A stretch of DNA of 32,000 bases from Breznakia sp. PF5-3 (GTDB lineage Bacteria; Bacillota_I; Bacilli_A; Erysipelotrichales; Erysipelotrichaceae). Each line of letters opens with the position of its first letter. Position 1 is the stretch's first letter. Positions 1-9,069 of the stretch are shown here, one piece after another. A model generated the notes under the pieces. It saw nothing but the letters and a program-made list of their open reading frames with translations, searched no databases and had not been told where the DNA came from. Made by a program: the position numbers and the translations under genes. The stretch lies in contig NZ_JAQFIQ010000012.1 in NCBI RefSeq assembly GCF_029504745.1, positions 21,268 to 53,267 of the forward strand, in the 5' to 3' direction.

Positions 1-347
1 GATTTTGTATTTACAGATAACTTATTGAAGTCAAAAATCCAAGGATGCTCTTTCATTAAATCAATTTGTAAGAGAAATGACTGTTGTAGTCTTTTGAAAA
101 TATCGGGTTCGTCAAACGTCATTTTTTCAAGGTATTCTGTGTTGATTTTATCTTTGCAATAGTCAATCAAATAAAGAAACAATGTTTCTTTATTTTGAAT
201 ATAATGAAACATGAGTGCTTTTGATATGCCAGCATTTTTAGCAATTTCATTGGTTGAAGCATGATCGTATCCTTGGGTTGCAAATTCTTTTAATGCAGAA
301 TTTAAAATGAGTTGTTGTCGCTCTGTATCTAAGTTAGAGATATTCAA
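1..347 (-). CDS. TetR/AcrR-family transcriptional regulator, N-terminal part only (3' end lies beyond the left edge)
   Basis: Absent from the ORF track (TTG start, truncated). Reverse-strand translation from TTG at 347 gives LNISNLDTERQQLILNSALKEFATQGYDHASTNEIAKNAGISKALMFHYIQNKETLFLYLIDYC..., a typical TetR_N helix-turn-helix. GGAG (rc of 355-358) sits 7 nt upstream. Confidence 0.85.
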   Translation of the reverse strand, partial: MNISNLDTERQQLILNSALKEFATQGYDHASTNEIAKNAGISKALMFHYIQNKETLFLYLIDYCKDKINTEYLEKMTFDEPDIFKRLQQSFLLQIDLMKEHPWIFDFNKLSVNTK

Positions 348-360
348 AATATCACTCCTT

Positions 361-409
361 TGACCTATTAGGTTAATATCATCATAATACATTTTACCTA
401 ATAGGTCAA
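361..409. promoter_or_regulatory. Twin palindromic operators overlapping the tetR promoter (probable autoregulation)
   Basis: TGACCTATTAGGT (361-373) and ACCTAATAGGTCA (397-409) are perfect reverse complements, and each copy is itself a near-palindrome (ACCTA-n-TAGGT). On the minus strand the layout reads -35 TTGACC (rc 404-409), 17 nt spacer, -10 TATGAT (rc 381-386). One operator therefore covers -35 and the other covers the transcript start. Confidence 0.55.
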
Positions 410-536
410 TTCTTTGAAGTTGTTTTTTTATAAATTGAATAACATATAGATTTTATGTGTGTGGATTAAGCTTACACTTCTTTTCGGGTAATCATTTTCC
501 CATTTAGATAATAGTATTTCCCTTTATGATGGCGAT

Positions 537-565
537 TTGAAAACGCCTTTTATTATTGATATAAT
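537..565 (+). promoter_or_regulatory. Sigma-A type promoter for the small ORF / lipoprotein genes
   Basis: -35 TTGAAA (537-542), 17-nt spacer, extended -10 TGaTATAAT (557-565). Confidence 0.5.
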
Positions 566-592
566 TTAAGTAGTTCTTTGGAGGGGGAAAGT

Positions 593-841
593 ATGAAAGT
601 AGTATCAAACTTAGAATTAGTATCAAGTCAAGTAACCACATTACAAAATAAAAAAGATATTGCTTGTGGTGCTAATAATAAACCAACATATAGTAATCAA
701 ATAAATATAACTTCTAAAAATCAATCAATATCATTAGATAATGATGTTTTTTCATTTCTAAATAGAATTGAAACATATCTTCAAAAAGACATAGAAAAAT
801 CCAGCAAGAAAGACAAACAAATTCATGCCAAGTTTGTTTGA
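593..841 (+). CDS. Hypothetical small protein (82 aa), no recognisable domain
   Basis: ORF-track entry 578..841. I prefer the ATG at 593 (MKVVSNLELV...), which lies 5 nt after GGAGGGGG (580-587). No signal peptide. Asn/Ser/Lys-rich. Confidence 0.45.
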   Translation: MKVVSNLELVSSQVTTLQNKKDIACGANNKPTYSNQINITSKNQSISLDNDVFSFLNRIETYLQKDIEKSSKKDKQIHAKFV

Positions 842-875
842 AATAATTGAGTATGAATAGGAAAAAGGAAATATT

Positions 876-1373
876 ATGAAAAAAATAATATCAATTATTC
901 TAATATCCTTACTACTCTATGGTTGTGGCGGATATGTTATGAAATATGATGAGGAGCAAGTTAAGGAACAGTCATTAAAATATTTAGAAGGAAAATATGG
1001 GGGATCTTATGAATTTAGCAATAGTAGTAGCCCAGCTGGATCAAATTTTGTTCAAATTTCTTTTAAAGATTTAGATAGATCAGATGATGAAGGAACAATG
1101 TTCATAATTGTTATATGGTATGAAGATAGTGGTGTAATGAGTGATTATGAGGATTATATGCCCAAAACCATGGATTACGATGAGGATAAAGTAAAAAAAG
1201 AAGCATTGGAATACTTAGAGAATAAATATGATGAAGAATTTGAGTTTAGATGGTGTATGGCTCATCCTGACTATGTAGATGTAGTGTTTGATGTTGTTGA
1301 TAAGACAAAGCAAAATACTGTGACAGTAAAATGGAGAGAAGATGGTGTAATGACTGATAATTTTAAGGAATAA
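876..1373 (+). CDS. Lipoprotein with an internally duplicated ~70-aa domain
   Basis: Signal peptide plus lipobox (ISLLLYGC). Two internal repeats carry the motif YDE(E/D)xVK(K/E)xxLxYLExKY(G/D)xx(Y/F)EF. AGGAAA lies upstream of the ATG. Confidence 0.75.
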   Translation: MKKIISIILISLLLYGCGGYVMKYDEEQVKEQSLKYLEGKYGGSYEFSNSSSPAGSNFVQISFKDLDRSDDEGTMFIIVIWYEDSGVMSDYEDYMPKTMDYDEDKVKKEALEYLENKYDEEFEFRWCMAHPDYVDVVFDVVDKTKQNTVTVKWREDGVMTDNFKE

Positions 1374-1409
1374 TGGAGTTGTTTGCTTTAATAAATGAGA
1401 GGAAAGCTT

Positions 1410-1910
1410 ATGAGAAAAATATTATTAATGTTAATTGTTTCTACACTGCTGCTTGGCTGTGATGGTGGAGGTAGAATGGAGTATGATGAAGAACAAATGA
1501 AAAAAGAAACATTACAATATTTAGAAGAAAAATATGGTGGTAATTATGAATTTGAAAGTAGTGATAATCCAGGGGGTTCAATTTCTGTAGAAGCGACGTT
1601 CAAGGATTTAGATAATTCTAATGATAAAGAAACAGTACTTATAATTGTTACATGGGATAAGGAGAAGGGAGCAATAAGTGATTCTACGAGGCATATTGAA
1701 ATAGGAATGGAATATGATGAAGAATTATTAAAGAAAGAAGCATTGGAATACTTAGAAAATAAATATGATGAAGAATTTGAATATGTGGGGTGTAAAAGTC
1801 ATTCTGATTATGTGAATGTAGTGTTTGATGTTACTAGCAAAAAATACCAAAAAACGGTATTTGTTTCATGGCATGTAGATGGTAGCATGAATGATGATTT
1901 TGAAGAGTAG
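1410..1910 (+). CDS. Lipoprotein, tandem paralog of 876..1373 with the same two-repeat architecture
   Basis: The track gives 1395. I prefer the ATG at 1410 (MRKILLMLIVSTLLLGC, lipobox LLGC), which follows GAGAGGAAAG. A 44-nt block (1737-1780) matches 1200-1243 at 43/44 positions. Confidence 0.75.
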   Translation: MRKILLMLIVSTLLLGCDGGGRMEYDEEQMKKETLQYLEEKYGGNYEFESSDNPGGSISVEATFKDLDNSNDKETVLIIVTWDKEKGAISDSTRHIEIGMEYDEELLKKEALEYLENKYDEEFEYVGCKSHSDYVNVVFDVTSKKYQKTVFVSWHVDGSMNDDFEE

Positions 1911-1953
1911 TGGGACCTTAAGTGAAAAACCATTATGTGCAGATGTAAGAAAA

Positions 1954-2000
1954 CAGGTGGCTATAATTGTCTTTATGCAACTATGACTACCTGCTTTTAT
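1954..2000. terminator. Hairpin terminator between convergent genes
   Basis: CAGGTGGCTATA (1954-1965) pairs imperfectly (9/12) with TATGACTACCTG (1982-1993). It is followed by CTTTTATT and preceded by an A-run. Confidence 0.45.
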
Positions 2001-2018
2001 TGTTGTAATTAATGGTTG

Positions 2019-3902
2019 TTAATTCGTTAATTTCTTTACAAAATCATTTAGTGAATTTGAAGAAATTAAATCATTTGTTCGATTTGGATCACATAGTGTT
2101 TTAATAATACCATTATAAATTTTTACGAACTCTTTGCGATCTTTTTGCTGGACGGTAATCATTAATACCAAATGAATATTATTATCATCCCAGTGTACGG
2201 TTTGTTTGTTAACCATTACAGCAAACATTGTCTTTTTGGCATCTAATTCAATGGCATGAGGAATTGCAAAAGTGTTAAAGAAACAAGTAGAAGACAATGC
2301 TTCACGTTGTTTAACCGATTCAATAAAACCAGGGTTTGTTAAACCTATGGAAATGGCTTTTTGACCTAAAAATTCAATTGCTTTATTTTTATCAATTTCT
2401 TCATCAATGACAAAGAATAAGTCTTCGCTAAAGAAGGAACTTAATAAAGCTCTTTGTTTATTACGATCTTTATTTCTAATTAATGTATGAACCATTTCAT
2501 TGATGTTTAAATGATCTTCTAATGTATAAAAAGGAGAAACCACTACGGTGTTAGAACGATTGCTAGAAAATTGTTTGGTTGTAAGTATTAAGTCATAGTT
2601 TTCTGATATATCAAGTGCTCCAACATTGTTAATTACTTTTTTAATATGGATTAAATCATTAAAGTTATCATTTATTTTTTTTATTAAATTGGTTTTTATT
2701 TTCATATATTCACTACTTATGATAATCGTTTGTAGTTTATTGTTTTGTTCTGTTTGATTTTCAATTAGAAAACCAATATGAATACTAATATATCCTATTT
2801 CTTCATCATTGATTTCAATATGAAAAGTAGTAGCTATTTGTTGGGCGATGGATACCGCAAAATCGTAGATAAATGGAGTATTTCGTTTTATGGTCTCCAA
2901 GATATCATTATTGACACTTTGCTTTGCATTTGCTCTTTTGATAAGAGCATCCACGTGTAAAGCGAAAGGATGTAAGAATTCTTTATAGTTGATCTCTAAC
3001 AAGTAGTAGTTAAAAGTTGAGAAGAGAATATCGTCGATTTTTTGTAAGAATGTTTCATCTACATATATTGATTCCGTTGTTTCACTACCTGATAGTTGTG
3101 GCTTTATTTGTCCTGCGAGCAACATAGCAATATAGGAAATATCTTCTTCGGTTGGGTTGATATTCCAATGTGTCGCATAAGTAGAACAAATATCAGCAGC
3201 AATTTTATATTCTACAGTTGATTCTTCAACTGTTGTAATTATATTTTCTTCTATGTAGTCATCACTACGCATACGATATAAAGCGATTACGATATTGACT
3301 AAAAGGTTTTGCACACAATTGCTTTCGATATAATAATTATGTCGTAATACGGATTCGGTAATAATTATCTTAATTCTACCAGTGTTGATACCTTTGAAAT
3401 AATCATCTAAGTTTTGAAGTTCTTCAAATGAAAAATCAGTTTCTTCTTTAATTAACATATTAATAAGTTTACGTTTTGCCATCTCACTTCCTTCAATCCA
3501 TACATGATTACGACTACGCTTAAGCTTCAAGTCATATTTTTGAAGAAGTGGTTTTATTTGTCGTAGACGTTTTTCTAAGGTGGATGTACTTATATAAAAG
3601 AAATCCGCTAAATCATCAAGTGATAAACGATCATTAAAGATTAGTTTTCGTAATAAAGAGTGAGAATCATTTAAGGTTCTTTCTTTAAATGGCTTTAATA
3701 TGTTTCGCATATCATCGTGTAGTAAATATCCACGATTTGTCGATTCAATCAAAGGTAAAATTCTATTGATATTTACAATTTCACTTTGTACCGTTCGCAA
3801 AGAAAAATCCAAAGTAGAAGCAATGCTTTTACCTGGAATGTATTGTTTTTGTTGAGAAATCAAATTGATAATTGCTCGTTGCCGATCACTGAATCTATTC
3901 AT
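2019..3902 (-). CDS. PRD-domain transcriptional activator (LicR/MtlR-like: HTH - PRD - PRD - EIIB-like - EIIA-like)
   Basis: 627 aa. N-terminal wHTH (QRAIINLI...SIASTLDFSLRTVQSEI). PRD motifs (LHVDALIKR, ISIHIGFLIEN). C-terminal PTS_EIIA_2-like domain with His motif (FAIPHAIELDAKK). Divergent from a PTS operon. Confidence 0.9.
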   Translation of the reverse strand: MNRFSDRQRAIINLISQQKQYIPGKSIASTLDFSLRTVQSEIVNINRILPLIESTNRGYLLHDDMRNILKPFKERTLNDSHSLLRKLIFNDRLSLDDLADFFYISTSTLEKRLRQIKPLLQKYDLKLKRSRNHVWIEGSEMAKRKLINMLIKEETDFSFEELQNLDDYFKGINTGRIKIIITESVLRHNYYIESNCVQNLLVNIVIALYRMRSDDYIEENIITTVEESTVEYKIAADICSTYATHWNINPTEEDISYIAMLLAGQIKPQLSGSETTESIYVDETFLQKIDDILFSTFNYYLLEINYKEFLHPFALHVDALIKRANAKQSVNNDILETIKRNTPFIYDFAVSIAQQIATTFHIEINDEEIGYISIHIGFLIENQTEQNNKLQTIIISSEYMKIKTNLIKKINDNFNDLIHIKKVINNVGALDISENYDLILTTKQFSSNRSNTVVVSPFYTLEDHLNINEMVHTLIRNKDRNKQRALLSSFFSEDLFFVIDEEIDKNKAIEFLGQKAISIGLTNPGFIESVKQREALSSTCFFNTFAIPHAIELDAKKTMFAVMVNKQTVHWDDNNIHLVLMITVQQKDRKEFVKIYNGIIKTLCDPNRTNDLISSNSLNDFVKKLTN

Positions 3903-3952
3903 ATGTTACCTCACTTACATTATAGCAAAAGTAATCACACAAGTAAGTTAAC

Positions 3953-4009
3953 TTTTGCGGTGTACACCGCAAAAATAAAATTGATTGGATATAAAAGCTC
4001 AACTATGAT
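3953..4009 (+). promoter_or_regulatory. 22-bp perfect palindrome (candidate activator site) plus promoter of PTS operon 1
   Basis: TTTTGCGGTGTACACCGCAAAA (3953-3974) is a perfect palindrome. Downstream lie -35 TTGATT (3981-3986), a 17-nt spacer and -10 TATGAT (4004-4009). Confidence 0.5.
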
Positions 4010-4032
4010 GAAGGTGTAAAGGTGGTGATCAG

Positions 4033-4353
4033 ATGGACAAAGCGAACATGCAGACGATGGCATTTCAACTTATAGGACATGCAGGAGATGCTTTTGATGC
4101 CTTCTATCGAGCAATTGATAGTGCTAGGGGAGGTAATATTGAGGAAGCAAATAAAATCATGAAGGAAGGACAAGCGAGCCTTTCATTGGCACATCAAAGT
4201 CAAACAAATCTTCTTACAAGTGAAGCTAAGGGAGAGAATATTGAGTTTAGTGTAATTATGATACATGCACAAGATCATTTAATGACAACCATAATGTTTG
4301 AACGTGTTGCTAGAGAGTTTATTACGCTTTATGCAGAAAGAGAGGATACGTAA
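4033..4353 (+). CDS. PTS lactose/cellobiose-family EIIA component
   Basis: 106 aa. IGHAGDA near the N-terminus and the phospho-His motif IHAQDHLM. RBS AAGGTGGTG. Confidence 0.9.
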   Translation: MDKANMQTMAFQLIGHAGDAFDAFYRAIDSARGGNIEEANKIMKEGQASLSLAHQSQTNLLTSEAKGENIEFSVIMIHAQDHLMTTIMFERVAREFITLYAEREDT

Positions 4354-5738
4354 TGAGTAAGTTTTTATGGGGAAGTGCTACGGCAGCATATCAATGCGAA
4401 GGAGCATGGAATGAAGATGGAAAGGGTTTGTCAAATTGGGATGACTTTGTTCATAGTGAACGAAATAATGTAAATCCTGTTACTGGAGATGTAGCAAGTG
4501 ATTTTTATCACCGTTATGAAGAAGATATCAAGATGATGGCTGATGGAGGCCAAAATGCTTTTCGTTTTTCAATTTCTTGGGTTCGTATCTTTCCAAATGG
4601 AACAGGTGAGGTAAATCAAAAAGGAATTGATTTTTATAATCGTGTAATTGATTGTTGTTTAAAATACGAGATTGAGCCACTTGTTACTTTATATCATTAT
4701 GATTTACCACTAGGTATATACAATGATGGAGGATGGTTAAATAGAAATGTCGTTGATGCCTTTGTAGCATATGCCAAAGTATGTTTTGATGCTTTTGGTG
4801 ATCGAGTAAAATATTGGATGACAATTAACGAACCTAGTTATGAAACTTTATGTTGTTATGGGTTTGGAAACTATCCGCCAAATGATAAAAATTTAAGTCA
4901 TCGTTTTCAAGCAATCTACCATCAATTACTAGCAAGTGCGAAAGCTGTAATTGAATATAAAAAGACACAGGATGGCATGATTGGACTTGTTAATGATGCA
5001 TATCCAATTGAATCTTTAGATTCTTCACCAGCTTATGATGAAGCAATTCAAAATGCGGATTGGTTCTATAATACAAGTGTTAATGATTTAGCAATTAAAG
5101 GAGAGTTTCCAAAAGGGTTTGTAGAAAAACTTAAAACTAGTGGCTTTGAAACAGACTATATCAAGGAGCAAGATTTACCAATTTTCAAAGCAGGTGTCAT
5201 CGATTATCTAGGTCTAAATGCTTATTTTAGATACTTGGTAAAACCATATGAAACAGGTGGCACAAGATTAAATACAAATAATAAAGGGGATGGGAAAAAA
5301 GAAGTCATGCAAGTTGAAGGATGGTTCACAATTGATGAAGATCCAACAACTGAAAAGAATCCATGGGGAATGGAAGTATATCCAAAAACCATGTATGATT
5401 TGCTATTAGATTTGAAAAGGCAATATCCAAATACACCAATTATCATTACTGAAAATGGAGTGGGATATTATGATGATTTTAAAGATAACACAGTAAAAGA
5501 TGATTATCGTATCGATTATCTTAAAGGTTTTATTGAATGGATGAATAAAGCACAAGCGGAGGGGTGTGATGTTAGAGGGTATTTAGTATGGTCAACAATG
5601 GATTTATATAGTTGGATTAATGGGTATAAGAAACGTTATGGTTTAGTTTATGTAGACTATGAAGATAATAATAAACGTTATCCAAAAGAAAGTTATTATT
5701 GGTATCGAGATTTTATTAAAAATAGGGGGAATAATTAA
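4353..5738 (+). CDS. GH1 6-phospho-beta-glucosidase/galactosidase
   Basis: 461 aa. GH1 motifs FRFSISWVRIFPNG, HYDLP, acid/base TINEP, nucleophile ITENG, DDYRIDY. The 6-phosphate-type tail is SWINGYKKRYGLVYVD. Start overlaps the EIIA stop. Confidence 0.95.
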   Translation: MSKFLWGSATAAYQCEGAWNEDGKGLSNWDDFVHSERNNVNPVTGDVASDFYHRYEEDIKMMADGGQNAFRFSISWVRIFPNGTGEVNQKGIDFYNRVIDCCLKYEIEPLVTLYHYDLPLGIYNDGGWLNRNVVDAFVAYAKVCFDAFGDRVKYWMTINEPSYETLCCYGFGNYPPNDKNLSHRFQAIYHQLLASAKAVIEYKKTQDGMIGLVNDAYPIESLDSSPAYDEAIQNADWFYNTSVNDLAIKGEFPKGFVEKLKTSGFETDYIKEQDLPIFKAGVIDYLGLNAYFRYLVKPYETGGTRLNTNNKGDGKKEVMQVEGWFTIDEDPTTEKNPWGMEVYPKTMYDLLLDLKRQYPNTPIIITENGVGYYDDFKDNTVKDDYRIDYLKGFIEWMNKAQAEGCDVRGYLVWSTMDLYSWINGYKKRYGLVYVDYEDNNKRYPKESYYWYRDFIKNRGNN

Positions 5739-5740
5739 CT

Positions 5741-7054
5741 ATGGAAAAACTAACTAATTTTATTGAAAAACATATTGCACCAGTAGCAAATAAACTTGCT
5801 CGTAATAAATATGTTCAAGCTATTCAAAGTGCATTTTTAACTTTAATCCCATTTATGACAATTGGATCTTTTGCACTTATCATTATTTCACCTCCTGTAG
5901 ATTTCACAACCATGGATGCTGGAATCTTAAGAAGTTTTATGGAGGGATGGCAAAATGTTGCTAATTTCTGTGATCCTGCATTAAGTGCAGTATTTATGGG
6001 AACAATAGGAAGTATTTCATTATTTACAGCATTGGGATTAGCTTATAATTTGTCAAAACAATATAAAATGGATAGTTTCTTACCAACGATTTTAGCTGGA
6101 GGAACCTTCATTATTGTAAATGCAATCGATCGTGATTGGGCATTCAATGCTACTTATTTTGAAGGTGTTGGTTTATTTGGTGCAATTGTAATTTCTGCAC
6201 TAACGGTAGAAATGTATCGGTTCTTAACGAATAAGAAAATAGGAGCAATTGAACTTACTGGAAATGGCGTTCCACCAGCATTGACAGAATCATTTAAATC
6301 GTTAGTACCAGCTGCTATTATTACAGTCTTTATGGGAACGTTAAGCGCGCTTGTAATTCATTTTACAGGAGATATGTTTCCAGCATTAATTGGAAAAATG
6401 ATGGGACCGATTGTAGGTTTGGTAGACAATGTTTGGGGTGTGATGATTTTAGCTCTAATTGTAATGGTATTTTGGTGGTTTGGTATTCACGATACGGTTA
6501 TTACAGGACCATTATCACCATTACTTTATTCAAACCTAACAGCCAATATGACAGCTTATGCAGCAGGAACAGCAGCGGTTGCATTACCTTTTGTTTTAAC
6601 CGAGCCATTCTGGTTTACCTTTATGGCAATTGGAGGAAGTGGAGCAACCTTTGGATTAGCAATCCTATGTTTTCGTTCTAAATCAAAACAGATTAGAACG
6701 GTTGGAAAGCTTGCTATTGTACCAGCTTTCTTCAATATTAATGAACCACTCATTTTTGGATTGCCATTAATGTTTAATCCAACGATGTTTGTACCCTTTG
6801 CACTTGTTATGCCATTAAATGGAGTGATTACTTATATTTTAATGAACTTAGGTATTGTTGGTAGTACTTTTGCGAATCCAAGTTGGAATATGTTTAGTCC
6901 GATTGGAGCATTGATTTCAACGTTAGATATCAAAGCTGTAATTTTGGTACTTGCATTAATTGTAATTGATATGCTAATATATTTACCATTCTTTAAGGTG
7001 TATGAGAAACAAAAAATAGCGGAAGAGAAATTAAACTCAGGAAAGGAGGCATAA
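5741..7054 (+). CDS. PTS lactose/cellobiose-family EIIC permease
   Basis: 437 aa polytopic membrane protein. N-terminus is typical (FIEKHIAPVANKLARNKYVQAIQ). Also has the NINEPLIFGLP motif. Confidence 0.95.
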   Translation: MEKLTNFIEKHIAPVANKLARNKYVQAIQSAFLTLIPFMTIGSFALIIISPPVDFTTMDAGILRSFMEGWQNVANFCDPALSAVFMGTIGSISLFTALGLAYNLSKQYKMDSFLPTILAGGTFIIVNAIDRDWAFNATYFEGVGLFGAIVISALTVEMYRFLTNKKIGAIELTGNGVPPALTESFKSLVPAAIITVFMGTLSALVIHFTGDMFPALIGKMMGPIVGLVDNVWGVMILALIVMVFWWFGIHDTVITGPLSPLLYSNLTANMTAYAAGTAAVALPFVLTEPFWFTFMAIGGSGATFGLAILCFRSKSKQIRTVGKLAIVPAFFNINEPLIFGLPLMFNPTMFVPFALVMPLNGVITYILMNLGIVGSTFANPSWNMFSPIGALISTLDIKAVILVLALIVIDMLIYLPFFKVYEKQKIAEEKLNSGKEA

Positions 7055-7356
7055 TGAAAATTTTACTAATTTGCAATGCGGGTATGAGTACAGGTATTTT
7101 GCAAATGAAATTAGAAGAGGAAGCACAAAAGCTTCATCTAGATGCAGAAGTATTAGCGATTCCCATGAGTGAAATCGATGATCATATAAAAGACAGTGAT
7201 GCAGTATTGTTAGGACCACAGATTCGTTTTGCATATAATGATGTAAGAAAGATGGTCAGTGAAGATAAGCCAGTCATGGTGATTGCAGCGCAAGACTTTG
7301 GAATTATGAATGCCGAAAAGATTATGAATGATTTAGTGGAAGAACTAAATAAATAA
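7054..7356 (+). CDS. PTS lactose/cellobiose-family EIIB component
   Basis: 100 aa. Active-site Cys context MKILLICNAGMSTG. Start overlaps the EIIC stop. Confidence 0.9.
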   Translation: MKILLICNAGMSTGILQMKLEEEAQKLHLDAEVLAIPMSEIDDHIKDSDAVLLGPQIRFAYNDVRKMVSEDKPVMVIAAQDFGIMNAEKIMNDLVEELNK

Positions 7357-7370
7357 AGAGATGATGACAA

Positions 7371-7397
7371 AAAAGAGACTTATGATAGTCTCTTTTT
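7371..7397. terminator. Rho-independent (bidirectional) terminator
   Basis: AAAAGAGACT (7371-7380), loop TATGAT, AGTCTCTTTT (7387-7396). An A-run lies before the stem and a T-run after it, between convergent genes. Confidence 0.8.
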
Positions 7398-7430
7398 GAG
7401 TATAAGTTAATTCTAAATTAATAGATAATC

Positions 7431-8273
7431 CTACATATTATTTTTTAATCCCTTTTCAAAATCTTCATAGGTTATCTTTCCAAAAGCTAATTCCATACTT
7501 TTTATAAACATCTTTTCTGTATTCGTATACTCTTTTTTATGAATGCTAGCAATTAATTCTGGTTCCTTTTTTAGTGGTTCAAAAACATGTTCTTTTTTGG
7601 AAAAAGCTTCATAGTAACGCAACCCAAATTTTCTTTGTGAAATAGCATCGATATGGATACCATCAGGATTACAAGTTAATTCTTTTGCTATTATAAAATA
7701 ACAATGTTTTTGCGTAGTAGCAAAGCTTTCTAATTCTTGGTTAATATAATTATATTCTTCAGCGGATTTTCCAAATCCTGCTTTTCCTAAATAATCACCT
7801 AATCCACCAATGAGAACAGGTATTGTAGGAACATCCAATTCCTTTCTAAGTGTTTCAATGATTTTTAGAAGTTTTGGATAGTATCCTTTGTAGTTGCCAT
7901 GATAACTATCACTTTCTCCTTGATGCCATAGAATACCTGTTAATTCACTATGTTCCATAGCGAATTTAGCTTCACTTATCGCATGTTTGAAAAGGGGACC
8001 ATCAACATCCCATTCATCAATGGAACTACCGCCTTCTGCACAAGGAATCAAGTCAATAGTATCATCTGGATGGTCATTTATCCAAGCTACCGCAAAAGAT
8101 GCAGCCAGTCCAACACCAGCAACAGGACGATCGTAATTGATGGGTTCAACCATCATTTGCCATCTACCATTGCGTAACATTTTTATATTTTCATAATAAA
8201 TTTGCTCTACCTCATGGATAAAACCTCTACCAGCCATATTTGACTGTCCTAACATTAGAAATGATTTCATCAT
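7431..8273 (-). CDS. DUF303 / sialate-O-acetylesterase-like SGNH carbohydrate esterase
   Basis: 280 aa. LGQSNMAGRG near the N-terminus, WHQGESD block, DGIHID near the C-terminus. RBS GAGAGG lies 7 nt upstream. No signal peptide. Confidence 0.8.
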   Translation of the reverse strand: MMKSFLMLGQSNMAGRGFIHEVEQIYYENIKMLRNGRWQMMVEPINYDRPVAGVGLAASFAVAWINDHPDDTIDLIPCAEGGSSIDEWDVDGPLFKHAISEAKFAMEHSELTGILWHQGESDSYHGNYKGYYPKLLKIIETLRKELDVPTIPVLIGGLGDYLGKAGFGKSAEEYNYINQELESFATTQKHCYFIIAKELTCNPDGIHIDAISQRKFGLRYYEAFSKKEHVFEPLKKEPELIASIHKKEYTNTEKMFIKSMELAFGKITYEDFEKGLKNNM

Positions 8274-8313
8274 TTCACATCCTCTCTATTCATTTTTTGT
8301 TTCATCAATATAA

Positions 8314-9036
8314 TTAAAACAATTTTTTGCCATCTAAAATATTTATGTTTAATGTTTTTGCTAACGTAGTTTGTTTAAAGGGGTTTATTTTCTCAACAAC
8401 CCCATCACGTTTGAAAAAGGTTCCTGTACTTTTAAACCAAAAAGTAACGTTTGCTTTTACACATTGTTCACGAATACTAAGAATCCAATCATAATTGCAT
8501 TCTCTTGCTTCTTTGCCGCTTTCTCCACTTACTGTAACATGATCAACACCATCAAGATAAGGAGTTAGATCAATTGCTTCTAACATTGGCGAACAAGATA
8601 TGAATTTTCTTTTCATAGGATAAGAAAGAAAGAGTGGTAATCGGTAATCGGCGATAGCCTGCGTTTCAACTGTACAACCTATATTCACGTTGTCATATCC
8701 ATCTTCCCAATCATCAGGAAGTGATTCCATAAAGCGATCAATTCGTTTCGTTAGAATCAAAAAATCAATATCTTGTCGTTGCTTTATCATTGCCCATACT
8801 TCTTTACGCCATTCATCAGCTTCCGGAAGAAAAAAATCAGTGGCAAAGCAGGTTGCTAAGATTTTATCACCTTTAATATTGTATTCACCATTGGCTTTTT
8901 TTCTTATTGGCCAATCAAACTTATCGGTTTTTGTGATCGTATTTTGTCCATATCGTTTGGCATGAGGTCCATAAAAATAACAATGCGAACAACCATCACT
9001 TATCATATAACATCCACTCCATGGTTCCCAGTTCAT
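8314..9036 (-). CDS. DUF5131 (phage Gp37/Gp68 family) three-Cys-motif protein
   Basis: 240 aa. N-terminus MNWEPWSGCYMISDGCSHCYFYG (WxPWxGC...GCxxCY, C-X6-C-X2-C) is characteristic of PF07505. AGGAG lies 7 nt upstream. Confidence 0.75.
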   Translation of the reverse strand: MNWEPWSGCYMISDGCSHCYFYGPHAKRYGQNTITKTDKFDWPIRKKANGEYNIKGDKILATCFATDFFLPEADEWRKEVWAMIKQRQDIDFLILTKRIDRFMESLPDDWEDGYDNVNIGCTVETQAIADYRLPLFLSYPMKRKFISCSPMLEAIDLTPYLDGVDHVTVSGESGKEARECNYDWILSIREQCVKANVTFWFKSTGTFFKRDGVVEKINPFKQTTLAKTLNINILDGKKLF

Positions 9037-9069
9037 CGTTTATCTCCTTTTATAATTTTTAGTGATTTC

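Noticed and set aside
3953-3974. GC-containing 22-bp palindrome considered as an intrinsic terminator for the PRD regulator or an attenuator of the PTS operon
   Set aside because: On both strands the T-run precedes the stem and the A-run follows it, so no U-tract would follow the hairpin. It also lies upstream of the predicted -35 box, so a protein-binding site is more plausible.
3786-4019. 77-aa plus-strand ORF spanning the regulator/PTS intergenic region
   Set aside because: It runs antisense over the regulator's N-terminus and through the palindrome and promoter. It has no SD and its composition is odd. Likely spurious.
6433-6753. Overlapping alternative-frame ORFs inside the first EIIC gene
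   Set aside because: The EIIC frame gives a complete, recognisable permease. The alternative frames have no start signals and produce implausible sequences.
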